Shown: positions 24,911-36,762, counted from the first letter of the stretch. The stretch is 64,000 bases of DNA from Oopsacas minuta (GCA_024704765.1 JAKMXF010000311.1:358426-422425); one strand, 5' to 3'. Notes: generated from the letters alone by a model not told the origin. Translations and numbers: made by a program.

Positions 24911-25357
24911 TCAATATTCATCAGTTAGATAGAGAATGAAGTAAATAAGACTTCCAATAGCGTAGACTAAGAATAGAATAAGATGGAAGGTTATCTTTAG
25001 CCAATGTTCTATGTTCAGTCGTTTCAATGTAGACTGATTGAGAATAGTTGTAGAGTCGTAGATCTCTTTGGAATTGTTGGGTGCACGGCGGATATATCTA
25101 TATAGCATGTATAACACCAAGGGTAAATTTATTAGGAGAATTACATAGCGAAATGTGATGAGACTTAGGAAGAATATGGAGAATTGTACGCAGTATTCTG
25201 GTACGAATATCTTGTTGAGAGTTCGTGTCGCGTCCATTGGATTCTTGAAATCGTGAGATAAATCATCTAGTATAATTAATCCCCAGCAAATCATTGCAAT
25301 CGCAACCAAATCAAAAGCAAGGAAAATTAGATACAAAGAAAGATCTATTTCATACAT
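24911..25357 (-). CDS. CNIH: Protein cornichon homolog
   Basis: LDDLSHDFKNPMDATRTLNKIFVPEY, LLINLPLVLY and EIYDSTTILNQ are cornichon motifs. Confidence 0.93.
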   Translation of the reverse strand: MYEIDLSLYLIFLAFDLVAIAMICWGLIILDDLSHDFKNPMDATRTLNKIFVPEYCVQFSIFFLSLITFRYVILLINLPLVLYMLYRYIRRAPNNSKEIYDSTTILNQSTLKRLNIEHWLKITFHLILFLVYAIGSLIYFILYLTDEY

Positions 25358-25619
25358 CTTTGAGAATTATAACCACAAATACAAACAGTTTGATAATAAA
25401 CAAGCTTGCCCACAGGTGAATAGTGATTCGAGTAGAATCTAATTGCTAGCATATTGGCAGCATAAAGCTATGCCATTAGGTTAGTTTATAAGTAATATCA
25501 TATAGTCTGTATAGGGAGACAGGATTGCTAGCCAGTTTGTTTCAATGTCTCTATGTTTTAAACTCCCACCCATTATGAGAATTCTCATTTTTCTGTATAT
25601 TTAATAATGCGCAATGATA

Positions 25620-25872
25620 CATTCCCTGGCCAAAAGTATTGGAACACTCTGCCACAATTGACACTTGGCATAAATATTAATTTACTCTAGTTGCATAAGC
25701 TGAAATTAATTTCAAACATCTGTGATCATATTTCGATCATCATTACTTTTATCATTACAATCGCCTTTTCTGATATATTTTCAGATTATTCAGTACGTAT
25801 ATTCTCGCAATGTACCATATGCCACATGTGTCATTAATGGTATGGTGTTCCAATACTTTTGGCCAGGGAGTG
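25620..25872. mobile_element. Tc1/mariner-type MITE with 28-bp TIRs
   Basis: TA-cattccctggccaaaagtattggaacac ... gtgttccaatacttttggccagggagtg, 27/28 match; no coding capacity. Confidence 0.85.
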
Positions 25873-26566
25873 CAGATCAAATTGTGTATTGTTTTCGGAA
25901 ATAATAGCCTGAAATTGCATTTATTGATATATAACTTGGAATTTTAGGTAATTTGTCGAAAATCCTGTCATTTAACAAATTTTATCTTGGGAAAGCATTA
26001 TAAGGGATTAGTAAGTATGGATTTGTATTACAAAAATTTGATGCAAAAACATTTATGTTAAGTAATTGTAATAAAAGATCTTAAGGTATTTCGTCAGTTC
26101 TAAATTCGAAATAAATCATGTTCTGTCTAGAATTATGATTACAGCTGGGAGATTAATCAAATGGTAAATTCGGAGCTCGAATAATTGGAATTAAATTGTA
26201 GAGATTTGTGTTGTAAGTCTCGCCAAGATAAGATAAACACATTTCAACTTTGTTGAATAATCAATTCGAAAAACACGCGATGGAAGTAATGCTTTAGACT
26301 TCAAACCTAAGTTATGTTTCATTTCAGTCTTTGTAGCTGGAGTATGCAAGTGAGATGATTAGAATATATTATATTAACTTTATGTACAATATCCAGATTT
26401 AGTTGTGATGAAGCAGCCTATTCATATATGATTTGAAGGTTCTAACCATAAATCAATGACAAGTTTGCACATAGCTGGTGGTGTAGCTATATATAATGGA
26501 ATTTGAGTTGCAATTGCAATCAAGCAAGAAAATATATTATATATCTTCTTATATCCATATCTGTTA

Positions 26567-29500
26567 ATGGAAAGTGTATTATTACATACGAATTTGAAAA
26601 AGAGAACCTCAATCGCATCACAAATGGCATTCGGTTCCCAGGAATTCATCGGATCTGTTCCGCTTACAATTCATGAGAGCTCTTCTGGAGATTCTAATAG
26701 TGCGCACACAGGGCTGAGTGATACGAAAATAACAGCAAACGAACTGTATTCTCTCTCAAACTTGATTATACATAAGAAAAGTAGTTACTTCTCAACTAAT
26801 ATCCTACCATTGTTAAAGCACATTGAACAGAATTCTGTCAATAAAGTAGCACAACATAATGAAGGTTTGAAGGCTTCTAAATTGACTTTAGAAACCAAAA
26901 AAGAAATGTTCTTACTAACAGTACGAGCAAATAAATGCTTGACTTCAAGCAAAGAGCATGAAGCCCAGCTGATATTAACAAGGACAGGTACACCTACTAA
27001 TCGTAGAGAGTCTCGTAAGGAAAGTAGAGACACACAATCTGTGACTACTAAAATACAGAAAATGCTCAATACAACCCCCAGGCAGATTGAGGACTGGACG
27101 AATGAGATTGAAGCTATGACTCAAGTCGAAAGGTGGATTGAGATAACAGTCGAAGAAGCGAGCGGTCTATTCCAAGCCGAGGGGGCAGGGTTAGAAAGGG
27201 CAGAGCAGCCTAACCCGTTCTGTAAATTCGGATTGATGGCACAACATGAAGCATTCGCCAATAACAAAAAGAGTAAGGCAACTAATTGGGATGCTTGTGA
27301 TTCAATTTGTATTACAAATGCAAAGCAAACTACAAATAACCCAAAATGGAGAGATAGCTTCAAAATACCACTATTTCCAAACAGAAACTTGATCGTTATG
27401 GAGGTCTGGGACCAGCAATCGCCTAACCTAGAGCAAAGCAGGAGACGACGGGGAAAATGTATCATGGTCAGAAGTAAGAAAAAGGATATAGGCAGTCAGT
27501 ATATCGGTAGATGCACGTTTGATGTGAGTAATGTGGGAGGTGAAAAGGAATCTCAAACTGCAAAATTGTTGTCGCATTCTGGTAAATCAATCCGCGGAAG
27601 CTTGCAGGTATCTACACAGGTTATAACCACATCACATGATGACGCACTTGAACAACTTAAGAAGGGAGACCATGGATTAGAACTGTTCCAATTAATCCTA
27701 ACAGAGTGGGGGCGCTCTCAACTAGCGAGTGGTAAAACTTCACTTGATAATGCCTTGCCGGATTCTCTATTGGTCCTGTTGAAGAAAATCGCGGAATTAC
27801 TCGGATTATCACACTTCCAACAATCATTAGCATTCTGGCCTTACTACACAGATTACCTTGTACAGCATTCTAACAACAGGGAACAACTGACTAGTTCATT
27901 ATTCACGATTAGCTCGCTATGGGAAGAAGAAGGGCAGAGACTTTCACAAGCACAATTGAATAGTTTCAAGAATTCTCTAATGAAGATCTACAACCATGAT
28001 TTAGCTTTGATAGAGAGAGCACGTGTGCTTTTCCCGCCTAATAATCAGGCAGCTGTCCATAGCTTAACAAACATAACAAAATGTCTGCAACAAATTTTCA
28101 AGTTCTTAAAGAAACTCGAAATGATTGGAGAAGAAGTAGACTTTAAGGCTGAGTTATTAGCTAGAGTTGAAAAAGACGTTACTGACTGGTTCAGCACTGT
28201 ATTATCTAACGCACAGCCGAAATTCGCTAGCAATGACGAATTAGATCAATCCAGTTCACTCGCCGATGTTCTACAGGTATTAGCACAAGATCTAGCAGAT
28301 TCGCTTAAGTTCTATCCAAACGCGTTTGGGAAGCTAGGCATCAACTATTTTGAGACTTCACTGATCATCTATGACCGTGAGATCAACAATGCAATCAAGG
28401 AATATTTCAATTCATACGATCTTAACTCGTACTTCGGAGAGAATAATGATTATGAAGACGATTTAGATGATGTATGCGAACGCACGCAGTGTTCATTGAG
28501 TTTATTCCGTCTGTATATCGGTATTCGTAACCTGGTAGCATTCAAACAATTCTCCTCGGACACTAATATCGAACTTTCCCTTGAAAAGTATCATTCACTC
28601 TTCAAACAGTTTGTGAGAACTTGGATTGATAGTTTAAGATATCTCACGCACATACACACGGAGACCATTTCCTTAGAAACCGAGGTCCAAACTTATCAAG
28701 AGTTGAATATCAAAATTTCCGTTTCGGCCTTAGAAATATTGCAAATATTCGAGCATTGCCATGATTTCTACGAAAAAATACAGTGGCCATATATCGAGGA
28801 TAGTTTCAACTTTGCAGTGAGAGTAACAGAAATTATCAGAGACTCGGCTAAACTGTATGTACATTATGAACGAGAACGAATAAAAAATGAAACTCAAAGA
28901 ATGTTAACAAAAGGAGGTGGGTTCGAAGTATGCGAGGATTTATGCTTAGCATTGAATAACTGCCAATACGTTATACATTACCTTGAGCAAGCTAGAAGCC
29001 TCGAAAAGTGGACAAGACTAACTGATTGCTTTCCACTACAAGCCAGTTCTTTTATTGAAACTATCGAGGGATTATATGATGAATCTATTAGAGAAGTGAA
29101 AGCGTTTATGAGGCAAATGATTGAATCACTCGCGTTTGCATTTCAGAAACAATTCAAGCAATATTTCGTAGGGTTCATGGCCAAACCGGATGTCATTGAG
29201 ATAAAGAAAGCCATTTATGACCAGCAAAATTGGCTAGAAAACAACATAGCTTCCACCAAGGTTCATTTGCCAAATACAATTGCTCCTTTGATGATCGAGC
29301 AGATGTGGATGAGCGTACTCAGAGTAATAATGCCATACAGAGAGGATGTTACAAAATGCGAACGACAGTATAGCAAAATGTTCGATGCCATTGGGATTCT
29401 ATTTGAACTGTTCTCTAGCAAAGGCCAACTACCTAGAGATACTCTATGTAGCTATGAATACAACCTCATATACGATTACTTCAAACTCCATACTATCTCT

Positions 29501-30172
29501 ACAACCAAGCTGATTCGTGCTTACTGCAAAGAATTAGTTCAAACGGACCGAATTCCAACGGAGGATTTGGGTACATTAACCTTCAGTGCAATGTACAGTG
29601 GAAAATCAGGCAAATTAGAAGTGAACTTCATCAAAGCAGCTGGGCTGAACTTCCTGGAGGATTACCAGAGTTACAAAGCTTGCGTTAAGCTGAGTGTATT
29701 CCCTGAACAGAACCATGTAGACTCTGGTAAAACTAAGGTATTTAACAGTGGAACTAATCCCACCATTCTACAAGAGGTTTCTATTGGTATTCCCGGGGAA
29801 ATAATGAACAAAGAGGGCGTATTGCTTCTACTATCAATACACAGTGAAGCTAGTAAGGATAGTGCATTCGGTGGTAGTGTATATTTCCCATTATGCTCTG
29901 TACAGCAATTTTCTGATGCCAGTGAACGTGATAAAACAGTCAAGCCTGAGTCACTAACGCTTCCGTTTACTCTCCCTATTAGCTCAGATATACTCACTGT
30001 ACTTCATGAGAGAACTAATGAAAAGGCCGCGACAAGTTTCCTCAAGAAACTTAACAAACGAAAATTGACGGACAAAACTAAAGGCAGTATTTTGCGTATC
30101 AGAAACTGTGATTCCCCTGAAAGCATAAGAGGAGATAAGAAAGGGAGATTTTTATCTAAGTTAAAACTTTAA
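26567..30172 (+). CDS. UNC13D: Munc13-4/BAIAP3-like protein (C2A-MUN-C2B), single exon, 1201 aa
   Basis: C2A (ITVEEASGL...NPFC...TTNNPKWRDSF...MEVWD), long helical MUN region (LCLALNNCQYV), and C-terminal C2 (LEVNFIKAAGL...VKLSVFPE...TKVFNSGTNP). UNC13D versus BAIAP3 is not resolved. Confidence 0.8.
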   Translation: MESVLLHTNLKKRTSIASQMAFGSQEFIGSVPLTIHESSSGDSNSAHTGLSDTKITANELYSLSNLIIHKKSSYFSTNILPLLKHIEQNSVNKVAQHNEGLKASKLTLETKKEMFLLTVRANKCLTSSKEHEAQLILTRTGTPTNRRESRKESRDTQSVTTKIQKMLNTTPRQIEDWTNEIEAMTQVERWIEITVEEASGLFQAEGAGLERAEQPNPFCKFGLMAQHEAFANNKKSKATNWDACDSICITNAKQTTNNPKWRDSFKIPLFPNRNLIVMEVWDQQSPNLEQSRRRRGKCIMVRSKKKDIGSQYIGRCTFDVSNVGGEKESQTAKLLSHSGKSIRGSLQVSTQVITTSHDDALEQLKKGDHGLELFQLILTEWGRSQLASGKTSLDNALPDSLLVLLKKIAELLGLSHFQQSLAFWPYYTDYLVQHSNNREQLTSSLFTISSLWEEEGQRLSQAQLNSFKNSLMKIYNHDLALIERARVLFPPNNQAAVHSLTNITKCLQQIFKFLKKLEMIGEEVDFKAELLARVEKDVTDWFSTVLSNAQPKFASNDELDQSSSLADVLQVLAQDLADSLKFYPNAFGKLGINYFETSLIIYDREINNAIKEYFNSYDLNSYFGENNDYEDDLDDVCERTQCSLSLFRLYIGIRNLVAFKQFSSDTNIELSLEKYHSLFKQFVRTWIDSLRYLTHIHTETISLETEVQTYQELNIKISVSALEILQIFEHCHDFYEKIQWPYIEDSFNFAVRVTEIIRDSAKLYVHYERERIKNETQRMLTKGGGFEVCEDLCLALNNCQYVIHYLEQARSLEKWTRLTDCFPLQASSFIETIEGLYDESIREVKAFMRQMIESLAFAFQKQFKQYFVGFMAKPDVIEIKKAIYDQQNWLENNIASTKVHLPNTIAPLMIEQMWMSVLRVIMPYREDVTKCERQYSKMFDAIGILFELFSSKGQLPRDTLCSYEYNLIYDYFKLHTISTTKLIRAYCKELVQTDRIPTEDLGTLTFSAMYSGKSGKLEVNFIKAAGLNFLEDYQSYKACVKLSVFPEQNHVDSGKTKVFNSGTNPTILQEVSIGIPGEIMNKEGVLLLLSIHSEASKDSAFGGSVYFPLCSVQQFSDASERDKTVKPESLTLPFTLPISSDILTVLHERTNEKAATSFLKKLNKRKLTDKTKGSILRIRNCDSPESIRGDKKGRFLSKLKL

Positions 30173-31025
30173 AATACTCAATTATTTATCCAATCCAATC
30201 TTTGTTCTAAGTTTGTCATAACCTGTTAGTAGTGTATGTTATGTTATGTTATGTTATGTTCTGTATACTAAATATTGTATTTTACACCCTCAAAATTATT
30301 ATTTTGTATCCGATTTATTAGAGTAGTAGTTAGTATTTTAAGTGGGGTAAGCAATTGGAACTTAAATCAGTATTGCATAATTACCACAGAATTAGGAAGA
30401 GATTATGGAAGCAAAACGTGTAATATTTCATAAAAATAATGCTTTGATCATTCTCTGTCATTTAAGCTATTGTTTAGAAGACGAATTCAGGGAAATATAT
30501 TGGAAAACAACAATATTCATCATTGCTAGTAAATAACACGAAATATCCTGTAAATATATACAAATCATACAAATAAGTGCTGAGTATATTTATAAATATT
30601 GAAATCCGTCCATTTGTGTACTTTAAGTATTTTACATTATAAGGATTGTAGGCACGAAAACCAACTGCGTGGTTGAAGTTCAAAATAGCAAATATATTCA
30701 AAGAACTTTTCAAGACAAATCTACACTGTCTCTTGCGCCATACAGATGTAAACTGACTGCAAAACCACTTTCAAAATAGGATTGTAATTCAATGAGGATA
30801 GTTATTAATAGATAAATTTGATACCTTAATGATAAATGATAGGCCTCTTATTTATTAGATTATTTCACAATTATTTCTAAGGACAATGTATGTGACAGAT
30901 AATTATCTAATTCGACACAATCTGCAATCAATTATAGACTGTAATTATATTTAATTAACAAATTAGAATATAAATCTGTTAAAATCAATATTTTAATGTT
31001 AAATAATAGAATAAATTAGCAAATA

Positions 31026-31743
31026 ATGCAACTGAAGAGTATAATCCGTGTAGAACTAATACAGACAGAAAACAGAGATTACAGTAACAGTATACATGTG
31101 TGTTACTCTAAATCTGATTCTGTTATCAGCATCAAACATAAGCTGCAGCTAGTGACAGGTATTCCAACAGATAATCAGATTCTATACCATGCTACTTCCT
31201 ATCTATCAGATTCTACCCTTATACATATCCTATCTCAAGCAAATCATCCTATTCCTACTCTACACATGCATGTATCTGTTAAGGGAGGAGCTGCAAGGCC
31301 TAGTAATCAATTTGCATCATTTATATTTAAAGATGTAACAAGAGAAGAATGCTTTGAGAATTGTAAAGTAGTTCTTCCGACCATCTTACTGGACTATTGA
31401 CAAAGGACTAAGTTTTATAGCAACTTGTTCTAATCCTTGCTGTATATCTGTGCAAAATAGACACAAAGTGTGTATCCCTAAGGGTATGTACCAACATCAT
31501 GGAGGATATGTGTCACTTCGTTGTGAAGTATTCAAATTGACATGCCCTGCTTGCCAATCTAAGATTCCTTCTCAAAATTGGTTTAATATAGTATTCTATA
31601 ATTGCACTGCTGATATAGAATGGAGGCTAACTGACGATACAGAAGGGGAGATAACACTTGTAACTGAAGATGGTAAGTACACTCAAGCAAAGGAGGGCAA
31701 CGGAACGAAAGAATATCATTCTTTAGATGCTACACTAAAGTGA
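31026..31743 (+). pseudogene. UBL-GG + Cys-rich domain, copy 1, with a net 2-nt frameshift near 31366-31396
   Basis: 31 nt between gagaat and actattgac versus 33 nt in copy 2; stop at 31400. The Cys-rich domain continues in another frame to 31743. Confidence 0.8.
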
Positions 31744-33245
31744 ATGAATGTGAAAAAATCTGGATTTAGTGTGTTATAGAATAATGACGTAAATTTAGAC
31801 TATGTTAGCGTGAAAATGGATTTTACTTGTAATTCTTGTCTATAATATAATTACTAAGCTTGTTTGTGAATAATTGATGTTATAATATATACAACTGCGG
31901 GCTTCGCTTGCTAGGTCGTTACGCGACAGCTTAGTACATCAGTTTAGCTTAAGTATGAAACAACCAGTATTCTTAGTAGTTTTGGTCGCTACGTGACGGA
32001 AAATATTCAGCACTTCGTGCATCAAGTATGAAATAGCAGAAATTTTAATTTTGTATTATCTATGGTCCATCCGAAATAATCACCTTCTGCGGTAAAACTT
32101 GATATGATACATGACTGTATATTAGCATCCAACTATACAAATAATGCAACTGAAGGGCCTAATCCGTGTAGAACTGATACAGACAGAAAACAGAGATTAT
32201 AATAACAGTATACATGTGTGTTACTCTAAATCTGATTCTGTTATCAGCATCAAACATAAGCTGCATCTAGTGACAGGTATTTCAACAGATAATCAGATTC
32301 TATACCATGCTACTTCCCATCTATCAGATTCTACTCCGATACATATCCTATCTCAAGCAAATCATCCTATTCCTACTCTACACATGCATGTATCTGTTAA
32401 GGGAGGAGCTGCAAGGCCTAGAAATGGCGCAGTTACAAGAGAAGAATGCTTTGAGAATCTTGAACTTGCTTCTTCCGCACCATATTACCGTACTATTGAC
32501 AAAGGACTAAGTTTTCTAGCAACTTGTTCTAATCCTTGCTGTATATCTGTACAAAATGGACACAGTGTGAGTATCCCTAAGGGTATGTACCCAAATCAGA
32601 AAGGATATGTGTCAATTCGTACTGAAGTATTCAAATTGAAATGCCCTGCTTGCCAATGTCTCATTCCTCCTCAAAATTGGGATAATATAGTACTCTATAA
32701 GTGCACTGCTGATATAGAATGGATTCTAACTGATGATACAGAAGGGAAGATAACACTTTTACCTGAAGATGGTAAGTACACTCAAGCAAAGCAGGGCAAC
32801 GAACTGAAAGAATATCAAGCTTTAACTGTTAGAGTAAAGTGAATGAATGTGAAAAACTCGGGATTTAGTGTGTTATAGAATAATGACGTAAATTTAAACC
32901 ATGTTAGCATGAAACTGGATTTTACTTGTAATTCTTGACTATAATATAATTCCTAAGCTTGTTTGCGAATAATTGATGTTATAATATATACAACTAGCGG
33001 GCTTCACTTGCTAGGTCGTTACGCGACAGTTTAGTGCATCAGTTTAGCTTAAGTATGAAACAACCAATTTTCTTAGTATTTTTGGTCGCTACGTGACGAA
33101 ACATATTCAGCACTTCGTGCCTCGAGTATATGAAATAGCAGAAATTTTAAATTTGTATTATCTATGGTCCATCCGAAATAATCGCCTTCTGCGGTAATAC
33201 TGGATGTGATGCGTGGCTTTATATTAGCACCCAACTATACAAATA
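31741..33245. repeat. Tandem duplication spacers (31741-32143 and 32840-33245); unit about 1.1 kb
   Basis: Near-identical intergenic sequence (gtgaatgaatgtgaaaaa...aactatacaaataATG); start codons are 1118 and 1102 nt apart. Confidence 0.9.
32144..32842 (+). CDS. Ubiquitin-like domain (88 aa, ends VKGG) fused to a Cys-rich domain, copy 2
   Basis: SDSVISIKHKL..TGISTDNQILY...LSD...TLHMHVSVKGG aligns to ubiquitin SDTIENVKAKI..EGIPPDQQRL...LED...TLHLVLRLRGG. It is followed by CSNPCC and CPAC. Confidence 0.85.
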   Translation: MQLKGLIRVELIQTENRDYNNSIHVCYSKSDSVISIKHKLHLVTGISTDNQILYHATSHLSDSTPIHILSQANHPIPTLHMHVSVKGGAARPRNGAVTREECFENLELASSAPYYRTIDKGLSFLATCSNPCCISVQNGHSVSIPKGMYPNQKGYVSIRTEVFKLKCPACQCLIPPQNWDNIVLYKCTADIEWILTDDTEGKITLLPEDGKYTQAKQGNELKEYQALTVRVK

Positions 33246-33965
33246 ATGCAACTGAAGAGTATAATCCGTGTAGAACTAATACAGAAAGAAAACAGAGATT
33301 ATAGTAACAGTATACATGTGTGTTACTCTAAATCTGATTCTGTTATCAGCATCAAACATAAGCTGCAGCTAGTGACAGGTATTCCAACAGATAATCAGAT
33401 TCTATACCATGCTACTTCCTATCTATCAGATTCTACCCTTATACATATCCTATCTCAAGCAAATCATCCTATTCCTACTCTACACATGCATGTATCTGTT
33501 AAGGGAGGAGCTGCAAGGCCTAGAAATGGATTTCAACCATTTACATTTAAAGATGTAACAAGTAATGACTGCTTTGAAAGCTGTAATTTTTCGGAATCTT
33601 CTCCATACTATTGTATCATCGACAAAGGGATCAGTTTCGAGGCTATTTGCACGAATAAATTATGTGATTCAGTTAATAATGATAGTCGTGTATTTATAAG
33701 CAAAGGTATGTATCGACATCAAAATGGTTATGTAGCCATTCGAACTGAAGTTTGTTTCTTAGAATGCCCAGCATGTGGCCAAAAGATTCCTTCAAAAAAT
33801 TGGCAGAATATCTTATTTAATGGCTGCACCGCGGAAATCACATGGGTCTTGATAGATGGATCAGGTGGCCAAACAACGCTGAAAACTGAGGATGGAAAAT
33901 TTATTCAAGTCAAACAGAATAAGGGAATGAAAGACTACCATTTATTAGATGTTCAACTTCAATAA
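33246..33965 (+). CDS. Ubiquitin-like domain fused to a Cys-rich domain, copy 3
   Basis: Same UBL, then KGISFEAICTNKLC...CPACGQKI...FNGC. Confidence 0.85.
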   Translation: MQLKSIIRVELIQKENRDYSNSIHVCYSKSDSVISIKHKLQLVTGIPTDNQILYHATSYLSDSTLIHILSQANHPIPTLHMHVSVKGGAARPRNGFQPFTFKDVTSNDCFESCNFSESSPYYCIIDKGISFEAICTNKLCDSVNNDSRVFISKGMYRHQNGYVAIRTEVCFLECPACGQKIPSKNWQNILFNGCTAEITWVLIDGSGGQTTLKTEDGKFIQVKQNKGMKDYHLLDVQLQ

Positions 33966-34386
33966 GTTTTATATTTAACCTCTTAGAAGGTATATGTTTA
34001 TGTGTGATAGATAGGCCGTAAATGAAGACTCTATGTATGTTTGCACATTTTTGATAAATTTGAATATTCATATCATTGATAGATTATTTGTTGCTTTAAT
34101 GGGTAACTAACTAATCATTAGTAATCTACAGTGCTATGTCCACAGACTTGGAGCCAGGGAAGCCGAAAAATGCTACCACAAATGTTTGTATTTCATTCCT
34201 AATCGCTCTATTTATCTTAATCCGTTTCTGCGTCTCTAAAGCCCCGTTTGTGGAAGTTTAGCCTGTGAGTACAGGCTAAACTTCCATCTATTTATAAATC
34301 CTTTGAAATCTAAGACAATATTCAGATTTGCAATAATCCAGAATAATTCCTTTTAAATGATACTATAGTAGATATCTTGGTGTTTC

Positions 34387-35334
34387 ATGGCATGTAAGCA
34401 ACCTCATAGTTACGGTGGAAATATTACCGAATCTCAACCTACAAGTCCAGGAAATGAAATTGACAAAAAGAAAACTCGAATAGACAAAAATAATCACGAT
34501 GTGAGTCTTGTGACTGGTATCCAAGATACAATTACAACTATCGGAGAAAATAGTATTGAGATCTCCGGAGTATCCTCGGAAGAATCAACTAAAATGAACA
34601 AATATTTCCAGACAGATAAGGGAAATGAAAGGATACCATCAGTAAAACAACCACATAGTGAGAGCTATTTCCAGAACTACACATTGATAGACATTATTCT
34701 ACACCCAAGGGAATCTGTATTGGGGTTTTGGAGGTATGATGAAGGGCCTCAATCGAATGAAACAACCAAAAAGAGCTCAAAACCATCTAACAAGCAATGT
34801 GTTACATTATCACGCAAGCAGTCAGGTAGGAAGAATTATACTCCTAAAATTACCAAAGAAGAGGTAACAAAGGAGAGAAACATCTTTAAAATGCTACAAC
34901 ATTGCTATACTACCCATGTCAATGAAATCGGCTTTATACAAGTGAAGTATAATTGGCCACAAAGACATCTCACTTTGGTACAGGGATTAAATCTACTTGT
35001 TACTTGCAAGAATCATGAATGTGAACAGTACATGCAGGGTGTTGTCTGTCCACGAGGAATGTTCAGTGATAGAAATGGTTACTGTCCTTTAGATTCGGAG
35101 TTATACAAAGCTAAGTGTCCTACTTGTAAATTGAAAATTACTCCAGATGAATCTTTTGGATTTGGATTCTACCAATGTTCTTTTCAGCTAACTTATATGT
35201 TAATGGATCAGAGAGAATACAGAATGAAACTAGAGAATAGTTCCAAGATATTCTACTTCAGAAGATTTAGCATATTAAGCAGCAAATTCAGATTTATGGA
35301 GGCTCACATCTCATTTGAAGAGGATATTGTTTAA
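34387..35334 (+). CDS. Cys-rich domain family member with a disordered N-terminal extension
   Basis: QGLNLLVTCKNHEC...VVCPRG...NGYC...CPTC...FYQC. Confidence 0.8.
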   Translation: MACKQPHSYGGNITESQPTSPGNEIDKKKTRIDKNNHDVSLVTGIQDTITTIGENSIEISGVSSEESTKMNKYFQTDKGNERIPSVKQPHSESYFQNYTLIDIILHPRESVLGFWRYDEGPQSNETTKKSSKPSNKQCVTLSRKQSGRKNYTPKITKEEVTKERNIFKMLQHCYTTHVNEIGFIQVKYNWPQRHLTLVQGLNLLVTCKNHECEQYMQGVVCPRGMFSDRNGYCPLDSELYKAKCPTCKLKITPDESFGFGFYQCSFQLTYMLMDQREYRMKLENSSKIFYFRRFSILSSKFRFMEAHISFEEDIV

Positions 35335-35832
35335 TTTATTTAGCTATTATTAACGGATCAAGTACATAGTTAGGTACTGTAATTATCATGTTAGAATGAT
35401 TGCTTTTGTGTGGTGAATATTCACAATGTACGATGGATTTTAGATTAGAAACTTTGGAAAGAAAATGTTGCCATAACTACATATGATGGCTCTAGATATT
35501 CTATAGTAACAAGTTATCCTCAGTATTACATTATTCATACAAACGAGCGATTCATTTGCTTGCGCTACGCGGCTTGAGAACACTCTGAGCTCGCAAAGAA
35601 CTCGGCACTTCGAGCATCGAATTTATATAGGAACAAAATATATGTAAATATGAGTGACCTGTGTGTAATTCAGGATCACTTAATCAATTACAACAAATGT
35701 ACCCGTAGAAAATAGTTTCTGAGACTATTTGAAATTTGTTTATTTTACATTCATAAAACAAAAATAAATATACATATGAGAAAATATTCATTAGTGCATA
35801 TATGGATATAATTTGTCGTTTAACAAAACATA

Positions 35833-36561
35833 GTGATGTCTAAAATGCACAGACCCTGTCGCAGGAGAACTAGGCGGCAACTTAAACAGAGAAATAAAGA
35901 TCCGTATGAAGTTAGGAGTAGATCACCCTGGAAAAGCAAAGATAACGATGATGATGATTCTGACTCAGAAATTGAGTTTAAATTCATGAAAGATGATCAT
36001 ATGAGGTATAATTCGAATTCAAGCAATCTATCTGAATACTCTACTATGAAAGAATTCAATAACTGCTACAACCATTTGCAATTTCCAAAAATTTTTGAGA
36101 AGAAAATAGCGATAGAACGATTGTTTAGAACACTGCCCAGCACAGACATAACTGATAGGTACAGCTATGCTAGGGTCTCAGTTGATTGGAGCGAGAAACA
36201 CTTGCAAATTGTACCCGGAGCTAACCTGTTAGCTACGTGTAAGAACTTTGAATGTGAATTTTTCCTAAAGGATGTTATCTGTCCGAGAGGTTTATATCCA
36301 GAAAGAAATGGTTATTGCCCAATGGATGGAGAAATTTACAGAATAAAATGCCCAATTTGCAAACAACGAATTACACCAGACGCTAGTATAGGGATTGGAT
36401 TCTTTCGTTGTGTTTTTAAAGTGTCTTACATGCTGAGAGCTTCTAAGGGGAGAACAGTAGAACTGAAAGCTGCTGGAGATACACTAGTATTTGCTAAATG
36501 CAGTAAATTTACCAATGAACTGTTCCTCTACCTTGATATTAATGTAGATCCTATTGTATAG
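35833..36561 (+). CDS. Cys-rich domain family member with a basic/acidic N-terminal extension
   Basis: PGANLLATCKNFEC...VICPRG...NGYC...CPIC...FFRC. Confidence 0.8.
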   Translation: MMSKMHRPCRRRTRRQLKQRNKDPYEVRSRSPWKSKDNDDDDSDSEIEFKFMKDDHMRYNSNSSNLSEYSTMKEFNNCYNHLQFPKIFEKKIAIERLFRTLPSTDITDRYSYARVSVDWSEKHLQIVPGANLLATCKNFECEFFLKDVICPRGLYPERNGYCPMDGEIYRIKCPICKQRITPDASIGIGFFRCVFKVSYMLRASKGRTVELKAAGDTLVFAKCSKFTNELFLYLDINVDPIV

Positions 36562-36762
36562 TTTGAAATTGGAAGAATTGATAATAATAGAGCTGGACTG
36601 TACTTATATTATTTGTTTGAATTGCTTTGTATAATTAACAAATAAGAATCAATACTTAGGATTATTTATTAAAGCCTCAGGGTAATACAATTACAGTTAC
36701 AAATATAGAAAATAATCACTTTTAGAAATGTATAGATACATACATACACGATACAAGTATCA

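Noticed and set aside
34253-34290. Perfect 13-bp-arm hairpin aagtttagcctgt-gagt-acaggctaaactt
   Set aside because: It adjoins a family-2 MITE end and is most likely a transposon-derived palindrome; no evidence of function.
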